From Haliotis rubra (Eukaryota), in assembly GCF_003918875.1 (NCBI RefSeq), contig NW_025767213.1, forward strand, positions 2,418,001-2,482,000: DNA of 64,000 bases. The letters run 5' to 3'. Below the pieces are notes generated by a model. That model made no database searches and was not told where the DNA came from. It was given only the letters and a program-made list of their open reading frames with translations. The position numbers and the translations under genes were made by a program. The first letter of the stretch is position 1. Each line of letters starts with the position of its first letter. Positions 13,126 to 26,480 of the stretch are shown here, piece by piece.

Positions 13126-14726
13126 GTGTATTTCACATCTATTAGATAGTCGTTCTCAACAAGATCGACACCTGAGGATTTATTGCGCTTCAAGTTATTG
13201 ACGGCAGTGACAATTTCTTCCTCTGTTAAATTCCTATTCAAGATTTCAGTGCAAAACACTGTTAAGTAAGGGGACAAGTTCCCGTTAGGCCACCAGATTA
13301 ATCAGTTCCCTTCAACTAGTTGCCATTCCTTTTGACAAATGTGAGAGGGTAAAAAGGGCTCTGGGCATATTTTCCTTACATGTCCTTGTTCATATTAAGG
13401 TTTAATAACATATTTAGGTTATGCAATACGTTGTGATCCTCTCCACTGGGCTGTTTTTAGCTCACGACAACATTTCCATAAAATCAAGCAGTTATTCAAC
13501 TAACAATAGTTGTCTTACATGGGAGACATCTGAAATATAGATATGGTCTTGACAAACCTAAGGGCATAACCGGGCAAAGTTTCGACCCATAATTACAGGA
13601 TCCTGGCACGTTAGTCTCTGAAAATATGTAATTTTGATAAAACCAAATATCTCCATACAAACTGAAAAGGAGCCCCAGTCACCTCAGGGATTCCGTACCA
13701 GAGGAAATATAGACTTGCTACAATTAGAGGATATGGATCTTACCAGGAAGAAAGCGCATTTAAAACCCTAACTTCCTAGTAATATTAGTATTCATATTAT
13801 TAAAAATAAAACAAACTGAAGCGGGATGTTACAACTCCTGCCAGGTGAATGCTATCATTTAAAGACATAATCACGAGTCAGATTTCAAACACGCACTTTA
13901 AAAAAAGTGCATCTATCTTACAATTGCATGATACTTTCACAATGGAAAGTAAACCCCTTGTTACATAGTGTAAAATCCGTAAATTGCTTCACTATTGCTG
14001 ATTTAATATTGCTGACTTCTTACTACCCTTCACATAATATTCTTAATTCTATTATGGATTCCCATACAAATATAAAACAAGTATTCCGACCAGGCTTCAA
14101 ATGAATCCTACCAGCAAGCGTAATTACGCGTAATACATACAGTGTTTTAAGTGCATTAGGATTTTCATTCTAGAGTGCATAAAGAAACATCAAGATGAAG
14201 CGGCATCAAATGGGGAGGAGAACGAACATGTCCTTGTAGCCATGGGAGGTCATGTGGCTTCATTGTCTTATATAATTCGTTAAAGCGCTGAGCATTGGTC
14301 AAAGTGCTTTCTGTCAGTAAACAAAGATCTGGGGAAAGAGAAGCTTTTATTCATCGAACACACGCTGTACTGAACACAGATGACCTTCTGATCTATGTTG
14401 GAAGAATGAAGTTGCATAGACCATATAACGATCTGGCACTTCTATCGAAGACAGGTTTCGTTCAGACTTGTAATCTTGTTATCTCGTACCACGACTATCT
14501 AATCACAAGTCAATTGGTTTGAATCACGTACAATCCTCAATTGTCTATTGGGATCAACAATTGAAGACATTCTTTTCTGTATTTACCAGTGCTCATTTTC
14601 CGTAATGATCACACATTCAATAAGAATGAGTCATGTATGGTAATCATAGCTGTCATACAGCTTTCATTGACAGTTATGAAGCTACACGAGTTCTAAGAGG
14701 TTTGTTTATATATATATATATATATA

Positions 14727-16090
14727 CTCTGCAAAAAAAGAAACGCACAGGTGATAATGAAATTTAAAATTAACTTTATTTTATTTCTATGCAAACAAAA
14801 CCCGGTTACTTTAACCAAACATAATGGATACTTGTTCATATCCATTAAGTATCGCTCAAACACACCATTTCATGAAATATTGTTGTTTGATGATGGTTTT
14901 TGAAAATATCATGAAATTTTCACGTGTAAATGACACTTCGAACGATATGCACGTGAAAGTTGCTTCACCTATGCACCAGTGTGTAGGGTATATGAGGAAG
15001 GCAGTTTAACGTGTTCAATTCACTTTCAACGCCAGTTTACTGACGAATTCAACATGCCACGACTTAGCGAAGCTGACCGGAACATCGCCATCGGACGTCT
15101 TGAGGCTGGCGAATCTCAGTCATCAGTTGCAAGACACTTCAACGTGCATCACACAACAATTTCCCGTTTATGGAGGCGCTACAATCAACTGGGCTCGACC
15201 CGCGACCGACCTCGGAGTGGTAGACCACGGGTAACCAATGCTGCACAGGACCGCTACATCCGGGTGTTCCATTTACGTAACCGGGCCGTCCCAGCAACAC
15301 AAACAGCAGAGAACGTCCCAGGTCTTCGCCGCGTCTCCGCCCAGACCATCAGAAATCGCCTCAGACAGCACGGGATACGCCCTCGACGACCTCACGTAGG
15401 ATGCACACTACGACCTCATCATCGCCTGGCACGTGTTCGATGGTGCAGGAACGTCCAGAGATGGAATTGGAGACATTGGCAGCGAATTTGGTTCAGCGAC
15501 GAATCTCGTTTCCAACTTCAAAGACACGATGGTAGGACGAGGGTCTATAGACGGAGAAACGAACGTTACGCCCGTAATTGTGTAGTTGAAGCGGACAGAT
15601 TTGGAGGGGAAGTGTGATGGTATGGGGGGCCATTTCTTACAACGGGAGAAGTGACTTGGTGCACGTCCGTGGTAACCTGACTGCAATTCGTTACAGGGAT
15701 GAAATTCTGCAACGTCATCTTTACCTGTCATCAACCCTCAACGTCACGTTTTCCAACAGGACAACGCCAGACCGCACGTGGCTCGCATCACGATGGACTA
15801 CCTGACGAATCAGAACATCACAGTTCTTCCCTGGCCTTCAAAATCCCCCGATTTGAACCCAATAGAGCATTTGTGGGACCAGCTTGGGAAACGCGTTCGA
15901 CGTCGTCAGCCTCAACCCCAAACGTTGCAACAACTGTCTCAAGCCTTGCAGGAGGAATGGAGGAGGATCCCCAAGCACGGATTCAAAGACTGATCATGTC
16001 CATGGACAGGAGGTGCCAAGCTGTGTTGCAAGCTCGAGGTGGTCACAACAGGTACTGACCTCCACGCCATCTGTACGCCCGGTGCATATA
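14727..16090 (+). mobile_element. Tc1 (DD34E) DNA transposon, right end missing
   Basis: Starts CTCTGCAAAAAAAGAAACGCA after a (TA)n run; transposase inside; no right TIR seen. Confidence 0.93.
15054..16058 (+). pseudogene. Tc1 transposase with three frameshifts (~15610, ~15725, ~15975)
   Basis: Paired-like HTH (MPRLS...VARHFNVH), [41 protein letters not shown]; 34 residues between D and E. Confidence 0.95.
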
Positions 16091-17619
16091 TAATCAAGGG
16101 ATTGACATCATGAGATACGATGACAGATCATATGTTTATGAATCACTATCAAATAGTGATGATACCTGGTGTTTGGGAGAAGGTTAGCACACCTGCCCCT
16201 CTGTTGGCTTCCGTCATTAGCAAAGGTAAGCCAATTGTTCACCTGAACCAAAATGGGGAAGGTGTGGTACAAGTCAAAATAGGGAATTACATCGGACATC
16301 ATTTTTGTACAATTTAAATTTTAAAATGTCCTTCTCATATCTACCATAAAACATTTTGAAAGGCATTGTACCAGCCACCCATTTTAATGATAGTTTGTGT
16401 ATGAGGTTTGTATGTGACTTTTCGCCTCCTTGTCCTGAATTCTCCTTGTACATTTGACTGGTATTTTTAAGAAAGAACAGATAATTATTCTTCTAGAAAT
16501 ATGATACACTCTACATGTATATAACACGCTTACATGTACATGTATGGCACAGGATTTCCCCACTGATTCACGTAAGCACGTGTACAGTCATGTTGGTAAA
16601 AACTAATGAAAACAGTGGGCCAAATTGTTCACATCCTTTTAAGTTCAGCAATATGTCGGCCGAGAAAACAACGGAAACGACAAAGTAACAAGTAAGACCA
16701 AGAATTGCATTACGAGTGTTGTGACCATGTAGACGTTGCGTTGTCGACACAGTTTCTTCTAAACTTAATGCGAAATGTACCCCATATTGATTTATGTGTA
16801 ATTCAACGAGTTTCACAAACACCTGGTATTGACACTGTAAGTGCAGTCAAAATGGGACAGAAAATACAATTTACGATATATGTGCTTAATTTGTATCAGA
16901 CTATTGTACACTCCTTATTCACAAAGTTCATTTTGCTAACTTTGTGAACAGGACTAATACATTTCGGCGTTTGAGTATACCCGTCCATTAAAAGTGACAA
17001 CGACACATGAATTATGTCTAGAGCAAAGCAGAAAGAGAAACGAAAAATCGAGAAATGTATTTTCTTACGGCATGAAGGAATAGCGTAACTATGAAGTGTT
17101 GGTGCGTTCCAGACAAACTATCTCTGTGACTAATGAACTAACAGTGAACGGTTTAGGAGAACTTGCAGGAGGTGGGGGGTGGGTGGGGTGGTGGTGTTTA
17201 GCCTTAACAACATAACGTTCACGCCTTTGCTGGTTAAACCGGTTACAGACATGCCTGTGCGAACATACCAAATAAACTGACGATATGTTATTGTAAGAGC
17301 TGTTACATAGTGGGCTGAAACAGGTCAAGATTACTGGAGTTGTTGAGCCACGTATTGCTAAACCATTGCAAGGTAAATGTTCCCTGTATCCCTACTATCT
17401 GTTATTGCGTTTTGCATGAATCTGTCATTTCAACATAATACCGTTCAGATTCAAATTTATATTGTCAAGTCACTAGATGTATGTTGCATTACATTATATA
17501 CAAACTACATTGTGATTTGATCCAATATCTCCTGCCATACCTAATTCTTAGGCTTGTTTGTGTTCATGAGAGAAAAGCACTTTGAGAAAAATGTGTTAAA
17601 GGGTAAAGTGGGAGCTTAG

Positions 17620-20130
17620 GACGTTTGTACATGAGTACGGTTGAACAAAGTTCGTTATTACATATATAACAAATGACGTTTGTACATGAGTACGGTTGAA
17701 CAAAACACGTTATTACATATATAACAAATGACGTTTGTACATGAGTACGGTTGAACAAAGCACGTTATTACATATATAACAAATGACGGTTGTACATGAG
17801 TACGGTTGAACAAGGCATGCTATTACATATATAACAAATGATGGTTGTACATGAGCACGGTTTAACACAACACATTATTACATATATAACAAATGATGGT
17901 TGTACATGAGTACGGTTGAACAAAGCACGTTATTACATATATAACAAATGACGGTTGTACATGAGTACGGTTGAACAAGGCATGCTATTACATATACAAC
18001 AAATGATGGTTGTACATGAGCACGGTTGAACACAACACATTATTACATATATAACAAATGATGGTTGTACATGAGCACGGTTGAACACAACACATTATTA
18101 CATATATAACAAATGATGGTTGTACATGAGTACGGTTGAACAAGGCATGCTATTACATATATAACAAATGATGGTTGTACATGAGCACGGTTGAACACAA
18201 CACATTATTACATATATAACAAATGATGGTTGTACATGAGTACGGTTGAACAAAGCATGTTATTACATATATAACAAATGATGGTTGTACATGAGTACGG
18301 TTGAACACAACACATTATTACATATATAACAAATGATGGTTGTACATGAGCACGGTTGAACACAACACATTATTACATATACTAAAACGCGAGTTTTGGG
18401 GAATCAGCTCGCTTGGCAAGAGGTCTGCCCATACCAACCCACACACAACACAACACCTGAGTAAATAAACAAGGAGTTTATTACACAGCAGTCACTGAAC
18501 GATTTTACATAATCAGTCAATAATAACATAGTTTACAATTAATTATTAAAACATGTTTACAATGCAATCAGATATCAAAGTACATAAACATCACATGTAG
18601 ATTCGTTACACACGACAGATACTACATTAATCACGATACATATTCCAATGTACACAACAATAGTTCAGAACTCTACACATCACCCCACTGGCGGTTCATA
18701 CAATCTACATTCTGTAACGGTCCCAACCAGCATAGTATTCACAACGTAATACAATAGTTAAAATATCCGACACACTCTATACACTCTATAATAGTCAGTA
18801 TTAAATAAACAATCCTTAACTTAATACAGAAGATATGAGACACATACTAAGGGATGCCTCGTTCCACATAAACCTGAAGGTACTGCCAGGGTTGTAACTT
18901 ATAGTTAAGGTATTTACAATAGATTAAAGTTAACCTAGAATAACAATGGTATATATGTCAAAGTAGAAGAAAGTAAAGTTTCTTACCTGAGTAAATAAAC
19001 AAGGAGTTTATTACACAGCAGTCACTGAACGATTTGTGACTGTGTGTCGTCCCTGTTTTATACCTATTCCAGTTATCATAGATAATCTCATTTACTGATA
19101 AACTGACGATAAAGTTGTTGTTGTGAACTTCAGTTGCTATATCTAAATCCTATTGCCTAACTCGACTGACGATACGGTGCCAACTGCGCACTTAAGCTAC
19201 TCTATCTTGACCGGATTATATGATAATTTTCATAAACGTATTGAAGACATCGGTGTTGATGGGTGAAGTTCACAGTGCATTTGATTAGCTTATTGCTATC
19301 TGCAGACCCGGACCAGATACTGGTTTCGGATGTTCATTATCAATGTGACCCTTGGCAGCTTGAAGATTGTGAAACGTGGTCAGTTAATCTGTACATGTCC
19401 AGTTTTCAATAATATATACTGTCATAAATATTGGTAAAACTTTGTCCAGTTTTACCGTGTTAATACATATATAACAAATGATGGTTGTACATGAGTACGG
19501 TTGAACACAACACGTTATTACATATATAACAAATGATGGTTGTACATGAGTACGGTTGAACAAAGTACGTTATTACATATATAACAAATGATGGTTGTAC
19601 ATGAGTACGGTTGAACACAACACGTTATTACATATATAACAAATGATGGTTGTACATGAGTACGGTTGAACAAAGTACGTTATTACATATATAACAAATG
19701 ATGGTTGTACATGAGTACGGTTGAACAAAGCACGTTATTATATATATATAACAAATAACGGTTGTACATGAGTACGGTTGAACAAAGCACGTTATTACAT
19801 ATATAACAAATAACGGTTGTACATGAGTACAGTTGAACAAAGCACGTTATTACATATATAACAAATGACGGTTGTACATGAGTACGGTTGAACACAGCAC
19901 GTTATTACATATATAACAAATGATGGTTGTACATGAGTACGGTTGAACACAACACGTTATTACATATATAACAAATGACGGTTGTACATGAGCACGGTTG
20001 AACAAAGCACGTTATTACATATATAACAAATGACGGTTGTACATGAGCACGGTTGAACAAAGCACGTTATTACATATATAACAAAGCACGTTATTACATA
20101 TATAACAAAGCACGTTATTACATATATAAC
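17620..20130. repeat. 55-bp satellite array (two blocks, 17620-18377 and 19468-20130) split by an insertion
   Basis: Unit GTTGTACATGAGTACGGTTGAACAAAGCACGTTATTACATATATAACAAATGACG. Confidence 0.95.
18378..19467 (-). mobile_element. Solo-LTR-like element (~1.09 kb) inserted in the satellite
   Basis: Minus-strand termini TGTATTAA...TTAGTATA (imperfect IR); internal AATAAA; diverged inverted copy at 44342-45390. Confidence 0.65.
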
Positions 20131-21552
20131 AACTGCCTGGTCCTCAACATCCTTTAGTCTCAACATGTTTTTTTTAAACTGTGCAATATAGTTAATAGCG
20201 TCCTTTTCCAGCGTCAATGAGAGGTACGTACGTTTCAAGAAAATATACTGGTGTAAGGATCGTTATATCAAATTTTAACTCATGAAGAGTCTTGAGGAAA
20301 TATAATCACAGTATAATGAAATCAAGCATAAGTCAGAAAAGAAATTTTGTTCGTTGTGTTATAGTTTTTCAGTGATCAACGTCATATTCGTATTTGAAAA
20401 ATAATTCATAAATTTGTCCAATCCAGACAAATTTAGACATAAAATGTACTTGATCATCTGAATATTGTACCGAAGGTGCTTCAATATACATAGACTAAAC
20501 TATTCTCAGTCCAGACATTTAAAAAAACGCTAAGATTCAATCTTTTTTAGGCATCAAAATGCAATTTAATTATCAGGAAAGGGTTTAACACTTTTTATAC
20601 AGTACGTATCAAGTAGACATCTTCCATCTTCTCATATAAAGACATTATATTACTAAATAATAGCTGTGGCAATGATAACGATAATGTCATGATATATTTT
20701 GAACTTACAATTGTGAATTACCAACCGCTGCTGTAAGCAAACATTCATTTTGTTGAAAGAGACAAGTCATACAGTTACGTTTTGACTTTCTTTTTCGGAA
20801 CATTAATTCTTGAAATGCATGACGTTGTGGTTCCTTTCGGGTACTCAGTAAATGTTGTTTCTGTATCCCAGTGCCTACAGTGAACATTAGACAGTCATTG
20901 ACGAGAATCATCGTTATTGTAACATAAGCCTAGCCTGTAATAGAGGATAAGAAAAAAACATGTTCCATGATGAGTGAAGCAAGACTCAACTGGAATACCA
21001 ATCTAGATGTGACATGACTTTGAAAAATACAGGAAAACATTAAAAATAAAATACTGATATGCCATTGTCAGTAGGACTCGATATATTCGCATAATTGCTT
21101 TGAATAGGAACCAAGCTGAGTTTAAAAGTGAATCGGGGAAAGGCAGCTAATAATCCACTAATTTTGATCTATTAGAAGAATAGATTGAAACACCATTTGT
21201 GACATTCTAATGGCGAGTCACAGCTTACAAATCCACGCATAAGGAAATATATTCTGGGAATACATGATATGCAGTTTCACCGGATATCACCACACATGTG
21301 AGTGTCAGCTTTCTTAATTTTAGGAAGCTGTTCTGACGTAACTTCAGAAAAGTCATGGAATGAAAGTCATTGGCATGTTAAAACATTCAACTGAATATGA
21401 GGACTGACGTTTACACACACAGAAAGAGATCGTATTATATCCTTCATGGCGAATTGCATATTAAATTCCAGCAGATGTGAATGACTTTGACTTTCCAATG
21501 TAAGCCCAAACCAACCAACAAGCCAAACAACAACACCATCATGATGCCAAGG

Positions 21553-21713
21553 CATAGGCGGACCCAGGGGGATGTTTGCAGGGGTGCGCACCCTCCCTTT
21601 TGTCCTGAAAGTCTATTAAAGGGCCATTGAAACTCTCGTGAAAATGAAGTGTGCACACCCCCTTTCTCAAGAATGTGCACCCCCACTTTCTCAAAAAACT
21701 GTATCCGCCCGTG
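21553..21713. mobile_element. Short MITE (GGCGGATCC-type TIR)
   Basis: CATAGGCGGACCCAG ... CTGTATCCGCCCGTG; related to 40422-40568. Confidence 0.7.
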
Positions 21714-23158
21714 AAAGGTAGATGACAATAGACTACTTAAAACAACATTTTGGATTTTCTACCTTCTTACATACACGGACGTCAGATGTCGTCAGTTCGT
21801 TCAGTTTGCAGTTCCTGTCATTTCAGTTGCCGTCGGTGCCCGCACAGAAAGTAATACAATTACAAAGATATAGGGTCTGGCTCACAAGTTATCAAATACT
21901 CATCGATAAATATTGGTAGACGTCATAATACTGCCCACCGTCTGAGAACCCTAACAGCTAATTACTCCGGCTTATCTCCCCGTGCCAGCTCTTCCCCGAC
22001 ATGAAGGAGGGACGATTGATATGCATTGCATTAAATGGGTTTTTGCTGGAGAGGAGATACGAAAAGGGAAAGACTTCCATGAATTTTGATGGAATGAAAT
22101 TTCCGCCCACCTTTGTGTGTATTGAGGGATTTGACGCTTTGTGTCATGTAATAATGATTTCTGCAGCTCTGTAAAACGTAGAATGGTAAGAATACAGGCG
22201 ACACCCTTCACAGAGGTGGTAACGAAATTTGGCTTGGTCAATTTTTACAAAGAAAGATTTGAATGACAAAGGTTTCATCTTTTTTATCTTGACTTGCGGA
22301 AGTTTTCTAGCTTTTACACTGATATGGCTTCGTCTCGCGACACGCGGTAATACAGATTTACTTACAAAACAGTGTCGATTTCTAGCTAAATGTAGTAGTA
22401 TATATATGGATAACTGGAGCTATTTGACCCGAAACTGCCCTACCCTTGTATCGACGTCCAAACCTATGGGAACTGTTCATGAACTGGACTGTGCAGATTT
22501 TGACTGTGTTATCTAATAACGATGGAACTATACATCATAAATATGTTGATTGGAATAAATATTTACTTAAAGTCGATATATCATGATTATAATTTCCCTG
22601 AATGACTTTATCTCAATACTTGATCGCTGTGAAATACCGAAGGGACAGGCAGGCGAACTCGTGTCGTGTCCACAGCGCCAACTGAAATTTGCATCGCCAA
22701 TGTAAGGTAACGTGACGTGTCACATCAGTGCCCTTTCTGTTCCCTGCCGGACGTCAAGTGGGTGACCCCATCTTGCAAATGTTTTGTGAGCTCTAGAGGG
22801 CGCAGGGAAACAATGAATAAATCAAATAAAGTGGCAAGAGCAGACTATGGTTTGAACAGCAGTTGTTCGTAAGGTCTACTGGAATTAGCCAGGATTTGGT
22901 GTTACTAATTCCCGCCATATTCTTCGTAAGTAGAGAGCGTTCGTTGGCAATAAACTTGTCTGAAGACTATTGACAAGGTCACGTGATCCAGAGTACCATC
23001 AATTTCCCGGTATTGGTTTTCGTATATATATCGAGCTTAGGTCTGTTTCTGACAAAAGATCAGCGTATTAGGCCATTTCATCATACAATATTGGCAGCAT
23101 CAAATCAGCCAAAGATATTTTGTTTGTAACGAACAACACAATTTGTTTATTCGTCGAA

Positions 23159-23331
23159 GGGGGCGGTGGGGTAGCCTAATGTCTAAAACCGTTGGCTCGT
23201 CACGCCGAAGACCCGGGTTCGAATCCCCACATGGGTACAATGTGTGAAGCCCATTTCTGGTGTCCCCCGCCGTGATGTTGCTGGAATATTGCTAAAAGCG
23301 GCGTAAAATCATACCCACTCACTCACTCACT
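23159..23331 (+). mobile_element. Full-length tRNA-derived SINE
   Basis: A/B boxes (GGTTCGAATCC), (CACT)n tail, imperfect TSD TATTCGTCGAAG/TATTGGCCGAAG; absent from the matching site in U5. Confidence 0.9.
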
Positions 23332-23934
23332 ATTGGCCGAAGACAGAGAATTGATATGTTAAGGCATTAACAGGGTTTTGTCACTTTTATTTACAGCTAT
23401 TGTCAACTCTTTATTAACGTATAGTAACATAATCATGGAATCGGTCATAGTGACATAGCAACCAGTACACATTATTCAATTAGCTGCAATTAAACGACAA
23501 TTAAAAATGACAACAATAAACTACAAGCGCTTTGTCATTTGATCTTGCAGCTTTACCTGATAAAACAATTGTACAGGTCGAGGGTTCCTGGGCTCGACTT
23601 ACATGTGTCAGTACTGGCAGTTACTGATTCTATAAATGTAAAACGTCAACGTAAGATAATATTCAGTCAGCTGCCGAAACAGATTCCATTGAACGTAAAA
23701 TGCAAATAAACTACCGGGCAAAAGAAAGCTACCACTTGTAAATGTAATTGTATGAAACACAAAAACGCTGGTACAGGTTTGAATCCAAACAGAAAACATT
23801 TGCCAAAATGCAACATGGTCCCGCTAACAACGCAGCTGCCCGTAAACTTCGTACGAATCGTGCATTATTCAAAACGTGAAAAACATGGTTGTGAAACATT
23901 GTACCAAATGCACGTTCACGGTTCAGTCTGTTCA

Positions 23935-24331
23935 GAAACGATGGCAGAGTTCAAGTATTTCGACATAGAGGAGAACGACTGGCGCCAAACTGCGTCCATG
24001 AAGTTCAGTCGATAACAGCCAAGAGGAGTCATTTTGAAGCACTTCAACGAAAGGCCTCACACAGCCCGAATTGTTCGTGAATACCTGCACAACCTTAACG
24101 TCAACGTATTGCCGTGACCAGCGCATTCTCCAGACAACCCCATAGTACATCTAAGCTTTCATCTTGATCGTCAGCTGAGACAGCGTGTACCACCTCCAGC
24201 GAACCGACAGGAACCTTAACAGACACTCTTGGACTTATCGAACAGGATTCCTGCTGACGTCATCAACTGACGACGTCAATGGGGCGTGTGTTGGCGTGTA
24301 TGGTTGCCCAAGGTGGTCACATTCGCTGTTG
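23935..24331 (+). pseudogene. Old Tc1 transposase remnant
   Basis: RPHTARIVREYL...VLP*PAHSPDNPIVHL...RIP...GGHIRC* aligns with the C-terminal half of the 15-16 kb transposase. Confidence 0.85.
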
Positions 24332-24384
24332 ATGACGTGATTCATCACATGAAAAAAAAACCTATCCTGCAAAGAACAATAACC

Positions 24385-25643
24385 ATGAATAGAGAGAAGG
24401 GCGTGTATAAGTAATCATTCGTGCCACTTAGTATATATTCAAATTATAGTCTGTCATTTCATTTTACTTTTAATATTTCGTCTGTGATTTCTATTAAGAT
24501 AATCCGAACTCACACAAAGAATAAATACGGAAAGGAGGGAACAAATACCTCTTGCAGAAAGAATATGTTTACTGTGTGACCTACGTGTAATCGACAACGA
24601 ACATCATTGTCCATTTACATGTCCTGCCCATCATCTCAACAATAAGGTATCGTCCACTGTACTACTGTTCTGAAAGAAATAATCATGATTATTTTGTTTG
24701 TTTGTTGCTTAACGCCGCTCTCAGCAATCCACTATTATGAAACGTAACTTATACTCTGCTAACGTCTGTAAATCCTATCTTGCTCAACAAATGCACAAAA
24801 TTGATTTAGGAATCACTGAGTAAAAGGAAAATGTCTTGAATGAGTAATTACTGTGTTAAAGTGAATTTCTTGTCACCATGTCATTGTTATTCAATTAATG
24901 TATGTGTTTTTTCGAACGTGGACCATTGGCCTTTATGCCAAATAACTCTACATGATATGTATTCATACTATCCGAAAACGTTTGACATCAATTGCTTCTC
25001 AGCACTAGGGCACGGATGGCAGCCCTTTGCGATGGCTGAAATCGATATTCTTGTTTTAGGTTTTCATTTGTTTTCGACATGATTATGTTTCTAGAAATGT
25101 TATTATCACACCAGTGCTCGTTGGTTTCATGTCGCGTAGCGTTCTTTCGCGGCGATATAACTGAAATATAAACCGGCATTGAACCAAACGCTATCACTCA
25201 TGCCGTTTCTTAATCGACGTAGATGTTTCTATGGTCTACTGCTCCGAAATTGACCCCTCATGTAGTAACACAAGAAAAGAGCTATTCTCCACATCCATAT
25301 TTGTGTTTACACAATGTTGCAAATGCCTGGAACTTTCAGCCGTACACCCTGTTGTGGAAAAATGCCATGTAAACACATCGTTAACACAAACAAAGTAAAG
25401 CTCCTCAAATGGCAGATCACAAACATAATCCAGCTGCTGACAACCAGCCCATATAGTTTACGTAACAACAACAACGACGTCGTCATCGGCTGCATGTACC
25501 AGCAAAGGTACTCCATGTTATACAATACCGAGGATACGTCAAAAGAAGCGAGGCGTGCAATTCCATGTCCTACAGCCGTTAAGACCAGCATTAAGCGACT
25601 CAACGTGAGGGTAAAAGCACTTTTGATTCTTCTGCCAGTGTAA
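24385..25643 (+). pseudogene. Family-D cystine-knot cytokine-like pseudogene (U3)
   Basis: Short exon 1 (MNREKGV); C-terminal CCGKMPCKHIVNTNKVKLLKW...YSL...DVVIGCMY; many synonymous third-position differences and a 15-nt in-frame indel versus the U4 copy. Confidence 0.45.
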
Positions 25644-25886
25644 ACATACACGGGGCTTTACCTGGTGTATTTTCAAACTATATCTGGCCAAACTATGGCG
25701 TTTTAAAATATATGTACATCAAGAACATTCAAGGCGGAATAGAGGTGATAATCTCACAACATTCAACACCATCACATTATTCCTGACATTTAGATATTTA
25801 ATCCTTAGAACGGCATTCAGAAGTGATACATATAAAAGTGGGGATTTGTGGATGTCAACCTCTTTATTTTTTTACATAAGTTTCTC

Positions 25887-26480
25887 TTAGCCTACTCAAG
25901 CACTTAGCACACTAAATATGATGAATCGCAGGCCTTAATGGAATATCCCTGACTGCACAAGATGAACCTTTCACGTATCGACTGGCCGTAACAGACAAAT
26001 GAGCACCAACAAATAACGTACAAAAAGTATTCATTTCTTAAATAATGTCTGTAAGCAAACACACAGCGAGAAACTGAACACTTTAACGCATGAATTATGT
26101 ATATTGGGATATCTGTTACTCTCAAACTGCACTAATCTGATAAATAGCAAAGTCATGTCACATCCTGTCCCGTTCCCGAATGTAACACCGGCCATGCATA
26201 TAATGGAATTTATCAACGTCGTCTTTTTGCGAAGCTTGCATTAAGAAGCTTACCTGTGATTGATTGCCAACAATCTCCCTTGACACTTGGTCAGTCGGTC
26301 AATACCAACCACGTGTTACTGTTTCCGAAACAGCGGCACTAAATATCTCTTTGCCTCGTCTAGCATAAAAAAGTAGGACTACAATCCGGAATGCAATTTC
26401 TATGGGATTTCCAAAAACCTAGGCGGGCAATAAAAAAAGATTGAGAACAAAAGGGCAGAGATATATTCTTTCTTTTATCA
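25887..26480 (-). pseudogene. IL17-like: Interleukin-17-like pseudogene, family B (U3)
   Basis: With two frameshifts reads IRER..C...QFESNRYP-IYIIHALKCSVSRCV...NEYF..ICLLRPVDT*KVHLVQSGIFH*GLRFIIFSVLSA*VG; stops fall at expected Cys/Tyr codons. Confidence 0.68.

Noticed and set aside
15408-16093. Overlapping alternative ORFs in the Tc1 element
   Set aside because: Shadow frames of the frameshifted transposase.
25307-25651. Hydrophobic minus-strand ORF resembling a membrane transporter
   Set aside because: The U4 copy has stops in this frame and its differences fit the plus frame better; likely a shadow ORF.
26250-26305. Known microRNA (loose miR-219-like look)
   Set aside because: Seed and mature sequence do not match; kept only as an unexplained hairpin.
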